Origin: Macrostomum lignano | Lineage: Eukaryota | Assembly (NCBI GenBank): GCA_002269645.1 | Contig: NIVC01001634.1 | Location: forward strand, 162,857 to 226,856 | Reading direction: 5' to 3' | DNA: 64,000 nucleotides | In this document: piece by piece, positions 39,412-51,861 of the stretch | Numbering within the stretch: the stretch's first letter is position 1 | Layout of the letters: the number at the start of each line of letters is the position of its first letter | Position numbers and translations under genes: made by a program | The notes under the pieces: generated by a model | What the model saw: the letters and a program-made list of their open reading frames with translations, nothing else | What the model was told of the DNA's origin: nothing | The model's database searches: none

Positions 39412-40682
39412 TTGTAGCATCCAAAGACGGATTACAAGTTGAAATGAGCAATATAGTTTGTTCAGCTACAATACTTTTGTCAGTAGTATGCATGCAGCTT
39501 CTGAGAATTTTGAAGCGTTAAATTCCTGGCTGCTAGTTATCTTGGCACAAGGTAAATAGATGCATGACAGAACTACTTCGATTACATTTTTAGCATAGCA
39601 ACAACGCAAATAAAGCGAATAAGCTTCTGCTTTTCACCGGGGCAAATGTGGAGAACTCAGCCGCAAAAGTTCTCACGCTTGAGTAAACGAGCTACATGCA
39701 TAAGCCTATTTTTATTATGTATAACTTTTAATACAATAATTATTTGTGGCATTCACATTTCTCAGGTTTGCAACCGTGAGACTATTGTATAACCGAGGAC
39801 AGAAGCACTTTTAATAGGAACTCTTTTGATAACCAACAATTCATTACACACTATACAAACGTTAAAGCTTCTCAAAGCTTGTCAAAAAGCCATAAATGTG
39901 TTTTACTACCATGATTAGATCAAATTAATAATAAATAAGCAAGGACCACTGCACTAAATAAGTTGACCGTTTCGACCGGAAAAAAAAACTGTTTTTGTCG
40001 TGCTCAACTTCCAAACGCGGGCGTGAAGTTTAGTCTTGCACGGATGCAGGACTACCAGTTACATGACCCCAGCTCAGGATGTTGGTGTAAAATATCCTCC
40101 TAATTAAATTTTCGAGCACTTAACTTATCGATGTACCTGATCCTCAGATGGTCTACTCAACGAGACATTCCATAAATGTACTGGTATACCGGTTTAGACT
40201 ATACTGCTGATTGAGTAGTTCTCATTTACTGTGGGAAGGAAAAGGCAGGGCAATGTTGAGAAGCAACCAGTGCAAGTCAAGTTCTCTGGAGTATAAAAAA
40301 TAGTGTAAAGAAATCGCGATTCAGATGAAGACTGCGGTTTAGCCAGGTCTCTTTTGGAGTAAACAAGCATGATCGACCCTGAGTGACCCTGCAAGGCAGC
40401 TCAGAAGAGGCTTGAATAGAAGGATGGAAGCAAGTCATATGAGATAAGGGCTGCCCCCTACTTCTCAGCGCCTCAAGTAACACAACCCGCATGCATAATT
40501 AACAATGGACTGCACAGGTTGAGAGTCTTCAGCCTTGATCGATAGATTAAAGGATGAGGCTATAAGTTGATTGTTCATTGCTATTTCGCATCGTCGGTGC
40601 AAATGTACTTAGCTAAAGTGTTTTTTAGACTCTAATTCGCAGCTGTAGCACATAGTACGTAGCTGTCGTAAACCCGTTAAAC

Positions 40683-40980
40683 TTTTTATTAGAGGCAGGG
40701 GGCTGCGTGTACCTTGGCGCACTTTAAGCGACATTGTCACACAACCGGTGAGAAGCATTGCTGCCCATTCCACCGACTTCCCTGAGCAGGCACACACTCA
40801 CACAGGAGTGTACTGCGGCCCTAACTTTATTTATCGTTAGGCATGTCAGGCATCTTTAGGCAGACCCGAGAGCCGAGATTCCAATTGAGCCCAAAATCAA
40901 TGCGACTGCGCAGTTGGAATCGAGCCTGGGCCGCTGGCACATCAGAGCGCCGCGCTAGACCGCTGGGCTACGACCAACCC
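40683..40980 (-). mobile_element. tRNA-derived SINE (CpG-rich, relatively young copy)
   Basis: Minus-strand head GGGTTGGTCGTAGCCCAGCGG (A box) ... GGCTCGATTCC (B box); A-rich 3' end; flanking direct repeat AACCCGTTAAA at 40671-40681 and 40976-40986. Confidence 0.8.
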
Positions 40981-41640
40981 GTTAAATTTTATAGTCAAGG
41001 ATTCAATATGTATATTCCTACAATAATATACTGATAAATCCTTGATCCTACCCGTATGCACTAGTGCAGTGGAAGCATTAGAAGAGAAATAAGAATGAGG
41101 CAGAGCTACACAGGTAAAGGCAATAAAACTTCAACAACCCATAAGGCCGATCCAGGGAAAGTGTGCGAAGACTATAAATTTCTCTTGTTGCTTCTGAACA
41201 GAAGAGAAAACGAGAGAGAAACAGTGGGGGAATGAGAAGTGGGTGGCTTTTAGACACGCCCTGCAGCATAGGCGCGGAAGAAGTTAATGATTGGCTGCCC
41301 ACACGACAGACCATACAGCAGTTCTCTCCTTACACTGCTCACTCAACAATAAAGTAACATTTGCACCGCATAGACCTCACTGCACGCCAGCATATATACC
41401 TATGCAGCCCGCCCGAGTACACCGAGAGAAATTGGATTCGCTCTCTCAACGCCACTCACTGCTCGCACAATAGACTGCATGGAATAAAAAATAGAGAATT
41501 TCAATACGTACGCTGTGCAATTTGGCATGCTATCTAGAGCTCAGTTCGACTCAAAATTCTGCTAGCCACCTGGGTATTTCTACTGCAGATCTTCTTCTTG
41601 TTGATCCAATACCTTGTCCCAAATAGCTGTCGCTACACTC

Positions 41641-41877
41641 ATGATCAAAAAGTCATTGGCCAAATGTCAGCGCTGCGGCAGAGCTGTCTACCAGACGGAA
41701 AAAATTGGCCCAATAAATGACGCAGTGTTTCATCGGAACTGCTTCCGGTGCCAGACGTGCAACATATCGCTCAATGTTGGCACCTACTGCGCTAATCCAG
41801 CGGACAGCGCTGACCGAGGCGTCTACTGTGCGAGCCACCGACCGCAGCTGAAGAATACTCAAATGGATATGGAAGCG
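41641..41877 (+). CDS. Hil: Hillarin-like protein, exon 1 (N-terminal LIM domain)
   Basis: MIKKSLAKCQRCGRAVYQTEKIGPINDAVFHRNCFRCQTC...VYCASH LIM pattern; GTGAGT donor. Confidence 0.85.
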
Positions 41878-41974
41878 GTGAGTGTAGGTCAGGCCTGCCA
41901 ATCCCCAGGTAGATGTCCGATTCCCTCTGCTCAGGTCTACAGCAGTCAATGCATGTATCAGTCTCTCCGCTCAT

Positions 41975-42640
41975 CCTTCAAGACACTCCTGACATGAACC
42001 ATTAACACAGCTCATCTTTGAAGACACTCCTGACATGAGCCATTAACAAAGCTCATCTTTGAAGACACTCTGACATGAGCCATTAACACAGTTCATCCTC
42101 CAGGACACTCTGACATGAGCCATTAGCACAGCTCATCTTTGAAGACACTCCTGACATGAGCCATTAACGCAGCTCATCTTTGAAGACACTCCTGACATGA
42201 GCCATTAACACAGCTCATCTTTGAAGACACTCCTGACATGAGCCATTAACACAGCTCATCTTTGAAGACACTCCTGACATGAGCCATTAACACAGCTCAT
42301 CTTTGAAGACACTCCTGACATGAGCCATTAACACAGCTCATCTTTGAAGACACTCCTGACATGAGCCATTAACACAGTTCATCCTCCAGGACACTCTGAC
42401 ATGAGCCATTAACACAGCTCATCTTTGAAGACACTCCTGACGTGAGCCATTAACACAGTTCATCCTCCAGGACACTCTGACATGAGCCATTAACACAGCT
42501 CATCTTTGAAGACACTCCTGACGTGAGCCATTAACACAGTTCATCCTCCAGGACACTCTGACATGAGCCATTAACACAGCTCATCTTTGAAGACACTCCT
42601 GACATGAGCCATTAACACAGTTTAGCCTTCAAGACAGTCT
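41975..42640. repeat. 40/41-bp minisatellite (GACACTCCTGACATGAGCCATTAACACAGCTCATCTTTGAA) in Hillarin intron 1
   Basis: About 16 tandem copies; no spacers. Confidence 0.96.
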
Positions 42641-43202
42641 GACATATGTCCTTGGGTTGAAGTATAACGGTCTCCGCAGACATCGTTGTTGTAATTGAAT
42701 AAAATATTAGCATCATGTCGAAGACTGGTATCTTTTTATCGATCTGTTAACAAATCTCAAAGTATTATTAGCCTTGAGTAATTTTACACTCCGATTCACC
42801 CAACCCAACCAGACAGTGACGCTCGGCAATTCTTTTAACACTTAACAAATATTTGGCCTAGAAAACAGCTGCAAATTGGTTTGACTTATTTTTAGCACAC
42901 AGTTTGTTGCATGCCTTGCTCAAAATGGAGCTAGGAGATCAATCAAAACTAATGGCTTTAAAACTACGAGCGTATAATAATTTTCTACCCGAAGGGCCAT
43001 TTTAGGGTTTGAGAAGACTGTAAATGTATCAAAATGAATCAATTATGGCTTGAAAATGATGTGCATGTAGCACTTATTTAAGCACTATCGATGGGGCCTT
43101 TTGGCTTACATTTAGCTTGCGACGCTAAATGTGATTGCCTGTGGCCCAGTCAGTTTGATGAGTAGATCAATTTGCAAATAAATCAATCATAACACGCGCC
43201 AG

Positions 43203-43379
43203 GTTGGCCTTCGCACCGCGGTGTCCGCTCAGAATTTCTACAACAAGACCAAGGATCGGGACGCCGACATTCACCGCAAAAGCCAGGTGGACGCTCAGGC
43301 CATCAGCATCAAGCAGGCGGTCACGTGCACCCGGATGCGAACCGAAGACTTGGACGCGAAAGCGATTACGCGAAGTCAG
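43203..43379 (+). CDS. Hil: Hillarin-like exon 2
   Basis: CCAG acceptor, phase 0; VGLRTAVSAQ...VDAQAISIKQAV. The donor could be 43380 or 43416. Confidence 0.7.
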
Positions 43380-43539
43380 GTGCCAACTGTTGAGTTGGAG
43401 TCTGTTGGAATTCAGGTATAATTAATTTTGATGATACATTGGAACCATCCATTGAATGTTCAAACTTTCGTTGAAACTTTTCGGTAGACTGTCGGTGTGG
43501 AATTCGGTTTTAATCAACCTTGGGTGAAATTGGGGAGTT

Positions 43540-43860
43540 TCGGTTGAAGTTAGGAAGTTTCGGTGAATTTGGAAGTTGGAAGTTGAAATTTCGGTGAAGT
43601 TGGGGAGTTTCGGTGGACGTTGGGGAATTTCGGTGAAGTTGGGGAGTTTCGGTGGACGTTGGGGAATTTCGGTGAAGTTAGGGAGTTTCGGTGGACGTTG
43701 GGGAGTTTCGTTGAAGTTGGGGAGTTTCGGTGGACGTTGGGGAGTTTCGTTGAAGTTGGGGAGTTTCGGTGGACGTTGGGGAGTTTCGGTGAAGTTGGGG
43801 AGTTTCGGTGAAGTTAGGGAGTTTCGGTGGACGTTGGATAATTTTGGAGAGTTCCAGTTC
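43540..43860. repeat. 39-bp minisatellite in Hillarin intron 2
   Basis: TTCGGTGAAGTTGGGGAGTTTCGGTGGACGTTGGGGAAT units. Confidence 0.93.
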
Positions 43861-43966
43861 GGTGAATTTGGTTTACGTTCTGGGAGTTTTTGTGGTAGAA
43901 TCATCCCATTATGAGGCCGATAAATGCAGGCAGTTTTACCAAATATTTGTCCTAATCCAACCGCAG

Positions 43967-44398
43967 GGTCCGGTCCGAGCTCAGCGGATGCGGCGACAGA
44001 AGCGGGCCACCTACAGCCGGCACCACTTCTTTCCTCAGTTGGTGGCGCAGAGACGCAAGGAGATGCGTGAGGCTCAGGCCACGCTGGAGAGGCGGCATCG
44101 AGAAGAGGAGGACTCGCTGTTTCGCCGGCTCATGGAGGAGAGGGAGCTCAGGGAGAGGAAACTGGCCGCAGAGATGAAGGAGACCTGGGGGACCCGGCTG
44201 GAAGAGCTGACCCGGCGGCAAGCGCCCGAAGGTGAAAGAGAGGAGCTGCGACGCACCATCAGGTTCAAGGAGCAGGAGCAGCGGAGTCTGATTGAGTCGC
44301 AGATTCAGGAGCAGGCTCAGGAAAGAACGGCCGAATTGGTTGCTAGGCAGAGTCGGGAGATGCTGCAGCTGCTGGCCAAGAAGCAGCAGGAGATGGAG
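43967..44398 (+). CDS. Hil: Hillarin-like exon 3 (coiled coil)
   Basis: CCGCAG acceptor, GTGAGG donor; E/R/Q-rich heptads. Confidence 0.8.
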
Positions 44399-44969
44399 GT
44401 GAGGGCTAATGAGATCTCTGAATTCGTTTTATTCAGGAATGTACTTGTATTTAGACATTTCAAGGACCGTTGTATTAGAACGTAACACTTGTGCCGAACT
44501 TCTTTTTGAGCACTTAATTGCTTCCAGATCGCATAAAGATGCATGCAACACGTGTTTGGTCCCAATTTTTAATCGACTTGAATTAACTTGGGAAAACTTT
44601 TATTTTCCCCACCCCGAACCAGCAGATTAAAAAAATAGGATAAAAACTTGTATATCATGAGAGGGATTTTAGTGTAATGCAACAAACCAACTTCCCTCCA
44701 CTGTGACGTCTGTTTTCCACGCTTCTAGTCCATGTCCTATTTCTAGAAGTCCATGATATGATGCAGTCAAAAGAATACAAGAAGTTACTAAGCAGCGAGT
44801 AGATTATCTATGGCTGAACTCTCTCAACAGTGAGTTGCTCTGCTAGGACCCGCTCTTTGTCTTCTCTCTCTGGCTGTCAAAGTTCCGAGGCAAACAAAAA
44901 GCAAAGTTACTGGCAAGGCAAAGAGAGAGTTGTTGATAGCATTCAGTTAGTTAACCTTTATTCCTAACA

Positions 44970-45720
44970 ATGGCATTAGAAGAGTCCAATTCGGAAACAA
45001 ATACTAACGATCCAAGCATGGGAGCCACTTCTAGTAACCATGATGACGATGACAATGCCGACAATTTGCAGCAAGAACTGGAAGACCTGGAGGAGGGCGG
45101 CAGGCAGGGCGGCGGAGGAGGCAGCGGCGGGAGTCCCAATGTTCAGTCGATGGCGTCGATGACTTTGACGGCGAATTATGAGAATTCGAGCAGCTCGATA
45201 GCAACAGTAGACCAGCAGCAGCAGGACCAGGACCATCAAGAAGACGATGCAAAAACTCAGCATCCGGCATCTGGCGATGATGCAGCAACATCGATTGACT
45301 CGGTGGAGCTGCCTCAGCCGCAGGCGGCTGGCGACGAGGATCAGAGCGACGCGGTGCCAATCATTCCCGAACGGGTGCCGTCTCCCGTTGCGCCGACCAG
45401 GCGCAAGTCCGCCCTGTACACCGACGCCTCCATATTTCGTCAGCTAGACGAGCACGTGATCAACATTGCCGAGGGCGAGCAGTTGACGTTCACGGATTTG
45501 GCCGACCAGTTAACGACAATGTGCATGTCGGAGTTGGAGAAGGTGCGCGCGATATTCCGCTGGATAACGGTGAAAGATTTGTCAGCTCTGCGCATCGACA
45601 AGTGGAATCCGGACACGCCGATGGGCCTGCTGCGGGGCATTCAGTTCGGCACGGAGACCTACCATGTGCTGTTCATGCGGCTTTGCTCCTATGCTGGAAT
45701 CCACGCCGTTGAGATCAAGG
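44970..45720 (+). CDS. Hil: Hillarin-like exon 4 (acidic low-complexity linker + start of transglutaminase-like/KY domain); 5' boundary uncertain
   Basis: LEKVRAIFRWIT...PDTPMGLLRGIQFGTETYHVLFMRLCSYAGIHAVEIKG; phase-1 GTGAGT donor at 45721. Confidence 0.85.
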
Positions 45721-45769
45721 GTGAGTGCTTTTTTGAGTAGGTAGGTTCATTGCTCAAATTAGCATGCGT

Positions 45770-46070
45770 TGATTCTATGACTCAATGCGAGAGTTTCTGG
45801 GATTCTATGACTCAATGTGAGAGTTTCTGGGATTCTATGACTCAATGTGAGAGTTTCTGGGATTCTATGACTCAATGCGAGAGTTTCTGGGATTCTATGA
45901 CTCAATGCGAGAGTTTTTGAGATTCTATGACTCAATGTGAGAGTTTCTGAGATTCTATGACTCAATGTGGGAGTTTTTGAGATTCTATGACTCAATGTGA
46001 GAGTTTCTGAGATTCTATGACTCAATGTGGGAGTTTCTGAGATTCTATGACTCAATGTGAGAGTTGTTGA
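45770..46070. repeat. 30-bp minisatellite (GAGTTTCTGGGATTCTATGACTCAATGTGA) in the last Hillarin intron
   Basis: About 10 copies. Confidence 0.95.
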
Positions 46071-46895
46071 GATGCCAAGGCTCATGGGGTCGAGTTGCTG
46101 AGCTGCCAAAGCTCAAGGGGTCGAGTTTCTGAGATGTAAAGGCTCAAAAAAAGAGATGGCTGAAATATTAGGTTAGAGGGCTTGATACCAGGGTAATGCT
46201 TTTGTGTTTAATTATCATTTATCTCTAACAAGCTAGCAACAGACGTAACAAAACCAGGATTTTAAATGTAGTTTTTAAAATTCCTTTCTTTGGTTTGGTG
46301 CCTCACTAACAGGTGAGACTAAAATAACTGCGTACGTGCCAAAGTCTCATTCTGACATCTGGAATTGTATACAAAATGTACTGAAAATGTAATAACTCGT
46401 TGATTCATTCGAAAATTTGTACTCAGAACGAATATGAAGGTGTCTAAGTACCTAGCCGCAATACTCAGTACAAGCAAGTTCGTAGCAAAGCCCCACCATG
46501 CTTGTATCCATGCGAACATGAACTTCAGTTTTGTCTGTAAGAAGAGAATTTGTAATAATGTTACTAAATAACCACTCATCTGCTTTCAAAAAAATCTACA
46601 CAAACTTGAGAGGCTTGTTTCTCGTCACCAAAGCTTGAATAGAGAGTAAAGAGAGGTCACTTGAATACCCTGCTAGCTAGTCGGGTGTCAGTCTATGCTG
46701 TGGGCTTGTGTCTAATTAAAAGTAGCTCGTAGTACTACAGTATTGTGTAAATAATTTATATATTTAATATTTGCAGTAATAAAACCCAAATTTTACAGTA
46801 GTTTTAAGAGGCAAAGGTACCGAGCCACACGGCTCAATCATTCGTTCACCAAGACTATTAGCTGTTTACCACATTGTATTATTACCGCTAGGCTA

Positions 46896-47125
46896 GGGGT
46901 TGTAGCCTAGTGGTAAGACCGTCCGACTGACGACTGAAAGGTCGGGGTTTCGATTCTCGACCCACTCGGAACAATTTGTGTCACTGAGCAAGACACTTAA
47001 CTCTGCATTGCTTCAGTTCACCCAGGCGTAAAATGGGTGCCAGCATTAGCTGGGGTAATTGAGGGTGTGTTGTGGCGACCCCCCAGTCCATGGACTGAAC
47101 GGCAATAGCTGCGGCTGAGGCAGGT
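46896..47125 (+). mobile_element. tRNA-derived SINE with a conserved central domain (V/Meta-SINE-like)
   Basis: A box TAGCCTAGTGG; B box GTTTCGATTCT; central GAGCAAGACACTTAAC...CACCCAGGCGTAAAATGGGTGCC motif typical of invertebrate SINE cores; tandem TATAATTGCACAT tail. Confidence 0.75.
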
Positions 47126-47341
47126 ATAATAAAGGTATAATTGCACATGGTATAATTGCACATAGGGCAGGTGTAATAAAAATATTGTATTCGAGCACCA
47201 TTTAGAATGATGGATGTGTCTGAGTTTAAGTTGATTAATAAAGTTACTGTTAGTAGCGGCATTTATCTCCGAAAAGAAAATCTAACTTATGAAATCACCT
47301 CGGAACGAACGCAAGCTTCAGAATTACAACAAATCCCGCAG

Positions 47342-48939
47342 GTTATTCAAAGTCGGTTGGCTACGAGCCCGGCATGAAGTTTCGTCAGGCTAACAAATTC
47401 AAGAACACGTGGAACGCTGTTTACGTTGAAGGCGAATGGCGTTTGATCCAGTGCAACTGGGCCGCTAGACACCTCGTGTTCAACCGCACTACTGGCAGTA
47501 GCCAAGCTGCGTCGGCTGCTGCTGCTCCGGCCACTTCTCCATCAACCAGCAGTGGCACTAGCGGCGGTGGAGCCTCCGAGAACCTGCGCTACCACTACGA
47601 CGAGCACTACTTCCTGACAGATCCCGACCAGTTTATCTACGAATTCTATCCGCTGGACCCGAGGTGGCAGCTGTTGGAGAAGCCGATCAGTCTAGCCGAA
47701 TTCGAAGAGTTGCCGTTTGTTCGATCGGCGTTCTTCCAGTACGGCATGCGCTTTCCGTCGGGCACGAAGGCTGTGCTGGAGACGGACACGACTGGCGGCG
47801 CGATACTGGAGCTGGGACTCCGGGATCCCAGCCTGCCGCTGGTCTGTCACTATCAGCTCCGCAACGCCGAAACGGGCGCCGCGCACTACAAAGGCACCAA
47901 ACTCGATCGATTCGTGTTCTTCACCGTCCGCTCGCCCGGTCGCCTAGTATTCGACGTGCACGTGCCGAACCTGGATGCCTATTTCCTGGAAATATTCGCC
48001 GCCCTAGTTGAGCCAAACAATCCGGCCACTTACGGCTATCAGGTGCGATTGAAATGCGTCGCCAAGCTGAAAGTGGTGGCGCCCGAGCTGCAGAAGCGAA
48101 TGACTCCGCTGCCGCAGTCCAGCAGCAGCACCGGCGAATGGGGACCGTCCAAGGCCATGCGGCACTTCCTCATCCAGCCGATGAGTCACACGGCGGCCGG
48201 CATCAACTTCGACGGCAGCCTCTCCAGAGAGTTGTCCATCGATTTCCAGGTGCCCGCCAGCATCCTCAGCGAGAACTCGGCTTTCTCCGTTCTGCTGCAC
48301 AAGAACGGCATCACGCCGCAGGCTCTGTCGCGTTACGCTCGAATCCAAATGGACGAACGTCGCAGCGTGCTTACTGTGCGCTTTCAACCACCCGAGTCTG
48401 GCGCCTACGCATTGGAGATCTTCCTCGAGAGGAAGAATAGCCAACCAACTCACGTATGCAAGTACCTGGTGCGCTGCTTGAATGTGCAATCTAATGCGGT
48501 CTTGACTCTGACTAAACCACCTGTACCGGACGAGTTCAAAGTCAAGTCCGGCGCCAACTCTCCGGTGGTGAAGCGACTGGCGGTAGCTTACGCCTCCGAC
48601 GTGCCGTTCAAGTCTTCGGTTGATAGCAAATCCGTGTCGCTGAGATTCGCGTTTTCCGACGAGCAGCACCTCGAGTTCATAACTTCGTTGAGTCGCCTAC
48701 CGTCCGATGGTAAGAAGCAGAACTCAACGGACTCGTCGGCGGTGGAGGATCATTCAGATAATTGCGAGATTCGGGTGGTGGACCAGGTAGCCAAAGTGAT
48801 CGCTCATTTCGTCACCGACGGCCGCTACAATTTGCACCTGTTGGCCAGACGAGCTCAATCGGATGCCCAGTTTGAGCTTTGTTACACTTTCAAGCTGGAC
48901 GTCACCCTACCAAAGGCAGTGCCGTCACAGAGTGCTTGA
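47342..48939 (+). CDS. Hil: Hillarin-like last exon (transglutaminase-like/KY domain + C-terminal Ig-like repeats)
   Basis: CCCGCAG acceptor, phase 1; GYSKSVGYEPG...NTWNAVYVEGEWRLIQCNWAARHL...YDEHYFLTDPDQFIYEFYP. Confidence 0.9.
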
Positions 48940-49749
48940 TGTGCAGCTAGTTTTCTGTGAAGAACATTTACAGTACATACACGCAAAGATTAGTTAACCA
49001 AATGAAACTATAGGGAGATTTTATTTCCATGAAATCTACAGTGCACACGAGTACATGTAAATGTAGAAACATTTTTTGCTAAGTTTCAGCAATAGGAAAA
49101 GCCTCGCAATGTGGGTGGTTGAAGTAGGGCCGCTTTTAATATTTTTATTTTAAAGAATGAGCTAAAATTTGACTAAAAATTTTGTTTATCGCGACATTCT
49201 AACAAAAAGCTAAACCAACGGAAGGTTCATTGATCGCAGATTAACAAAACGAGGCGCGACGTGCATCTAAAAAAAATTTTACGTAATTAACCAGCGTTCC
49301 ATGCCACATCGCTAAACTTCGCTCTTGCTGTAATCATTTTAAATTACCAAATTCTCATGCATGCCTAACTGATTAGATTTTCATCAAAACTCTGTATTGA
49401 TCACACTTCGATGCCTAAAAACATCGCTACTTCTATGCGTGTCGACACAATTAAAAATAGCGAATAAAAATGGTAAAAAATATATTCTGAAGCGTCTGCA
49501 CCAAAATGCGAATAAGTATTTCGTAGTAATGAAATTTTCTGTCTAAATAATAATCACTAATATTTTTTCTGCAGATGGCACATAGGGTGCATGCAGTGGC
49601 AGTTGGTGGTCATGTGCGGTTAGGCGGTGGTCTAGTGGATGCTTTCCATATATAAGATCCAAAATTAAGGATACTCTGCCCTGAAAAAGAATAATATTTG
49701 CCGGATGTAGGAACCCCTGACACGTTGCGCTTTCATATCTCAGAAACAA

Positions 49750-50615
49750 CACAACAACAGAATACGCAGTTAGCGTCACGAGGCGCGCTTGAAGGCCAGG
49801 TCGCGAATGAACGCCACGCCGCCAGCCGAATCCTGGCCGGCGTTAGCCAGCAGGCAGTCGACGAAACGCCGAGTGCGCGCCTGCTCCCGCCGGTAGGATG
49901 CCTGCAGCGTTAGCAGCAGCACCTGCACCGGTTCTGGGCAATACGACTCGGCGCGGATGATGTGGCCTGCCAGCTGGAGTCGCCGATGGCGCGACAGGTC
50001 GCTTGGACGGACCAGGCCGGCGCGGCGATACAAAGTCGAGTTGGTCACTCGCTCGTAGCTGACCTTGAAGGCTGCGCACAGCAGGCTAGCGTGCGCCGCG
50101 TCAACTTGTTGCTCGAGCGACTCCGTCAGGGTCCAGGTCTCGGCGTTGTACAGCAGGACGGTCTCGATCACTGCCTGGAACAACGCCACCCTCTGGCGGT
50201 CAGGTAAGGCCTCAGACTGCAAGACTGCCCTCACGGAACGAAAGGCAGCCCGAGCCCAGCCAAGCACGCGGCGACGCCGCAAATCCTCGCGAACGCCGGG
50301 AACCAGACCGCCGAGGTAGACGAACTGCTGACAACGCGGAAGCTCTGTCGCCTGTTCATCAGCGCCTCGGCACAAAATTGCAGCCTCGATGTCGTCCGGC
50401 AGGCAGAGCACGACGGTCTTCTGCGTGTTGACCACCAGGCCGACACTCGTTGCAATAGCAACTAGCTTGTCCAGTTGTCGCTGGGCGCCCTCGACAGTTG
50501 ACGACAGCAGGGCGAGGTCGTCGGCGTAGCCAAGCACACTGACCCACGCGTCGCCGCAACAGAAAGCCGTCGTCGTTGGTAAGGAAGAGCGGTCCGCAGC
50601 ACCCAGTCAAGCACC
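49750..50615 (-). mobile_element. 5'-truncated RTE-clade LINE (reverse transcriptase C-terminal half)
   Basis: VLDWVLR (frameshifted), LGYADDLALL, FVYLG, VLLYNAETWTL, LQLAGHIIR; TTG-rich 3' tail. Confidence 0.9.
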
Positions 50616-51166
50616 ATACATGTATCTCCGAAACAGTGTGACCACAGCGCATTTTGAAAATAATTGAGCAGGACAAATTTTTTTGAGCAGCAACATTAGG
50701 CATTGTTTTTTGGAAAAAAAATCGCTTTATGTGAAATAATTAACAAACAGAAAAGAAAAAAACTACATTTCTAGTCACAAAAACCTTTAAAAAACTTTTT
50801 TGAATCCAGTGATATATTTGTTTAACTCAGACAACAACCCTGTGACACTGACACGATTTTTATGTATTTCCAAATTCCAGACTTCCCACTTCACTGCGCC
50901 AATTTCAAATCATATTCAAATCAAATCATTCAGTCTCAAATCATATCTCAAATCATGTCTTAACTCAAATTAATATAGACGTTAAGTTTTTACTGGTATT
51001 ATCGTCCAGCGATTCACTTCTTGTTTGTTGATTTCGTTAATCCGCCTTTTGGAGCATCTCCTGTGCCAGATATGTTTTCTCATTTCGTTGATTACCTTTT
51101 GTTCAGAAGCTTCGTTCGTCCTCTTGCTTTTTTTCTTTTCCCGCTCATTGGCCTTCCGACGCTGCA

Positions 51167-51433
51167 AGTAGTAGGGAAAAAGACGCGTACAGACCCAGAG
51201 CACTTTTTAAATAGCAGTTTTAAGGGTCTAGAGGGGGGACACGGGGGGTAAATAAAAAAACACATCTAAACACCCTTAACACATCTAAACACCCATAATC
51301 ACCCACAACCCCCCTTAATACCAAAAAAGCAATATAACCCACCCCCAACACTCCCCCTCGTGTCCCCCCTCTGGAACCTTATAAACGGCCATTAAAAAAG
51401 GTCTGATCTGTACGCGTCTTTTTCCCTACTACT
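51167..51433. repeat. terminal fold-back: ~85-bp inverted repeat arms (first 27 bp perfect) around a ~95-bp loop
   Basis: AGTAGTAGGGAAAAAGACGCGTACAGA (51167-51193) and TCTGTACGCGTCTTTTTCCCTACTACT (51407-51433). Confidence 0.92.
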
Positions 51434-51530
51434 ACACATCCCAACACTCCCCAACACTTCTAACACTTCCAAATCTCTATAACCCCTCGCACGCGCCGCA
51501 GGCGCGAAGGGTCTTTTTCTGTTACTAAAA

Positions 51531-51845
51531 ATGACCCGAGTTTACACCTTTTCTGTTAGTGATACTTTTGAGACTGTTGCTAAAAATGCAGAGATAATAA
51601 AACAACATATTTTGAATGGAATAATTGATGAAGTTTATTTAAAATATGACGACAAGCATGACCTAAAACTTTATCCATTAGAGCTAGATGAGATGTATGA
51701 TTTAGAACAAGAGGGTGAGTTAATATTTCAACTTGGAGATTATTTAAATTCGGATGATTGGGAGGTTAGATCAACAGATTCCGAATCAACAAATAGTTCA
51801 TATGAAACCAGTGATTCAGAGAATGAAAGTGAAATTTTTATGTGA
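51531..51845 (+). CDS. Polinton hypothetical acidic protein (104 aa)
   Basis: TAAAAATG start context shared with the other element genes; D/E/S-rich tail. Confidence 0.65.
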   Translation: MTRVYTFSVSDTFETVAKNAEIIKQHILNGIIDEVYLKYDDKHDLKLYPLELDEMYDLEQEGELIFQLGDYLNSDDWEVRSTDSESTNSSYETSDSENESEIFM

Positions 51846-51861
51846 AAAAAATATTTAAAAA

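Noticed and set aside
41975-42640. CRISPR-like appearance of the 41-bp array (and the 38-bp and 20-bp arrays)
   Set aside because: Units are head-to-tail with no unique spacers, the context is eukaryotic, and there are no cas genes.
40900-47000. tRNA-like sequences at about 40980-40910 and 46896-46965 as tRNA genes
   Set aside because: They have A/B boxes but no complete cloverleaf, and continue into SINE bodies and tails.
50982-51166. Basic minus-strand ORF remnant (RRKANEREKKKSKRTNEA) resembling a bHLH basic region, cut by the Polinton terminus
   Set aside because: The similarity is limited to a low-complexity K/R-rich stretch and helix 2 does not match; it cannot be supported without the other flank.
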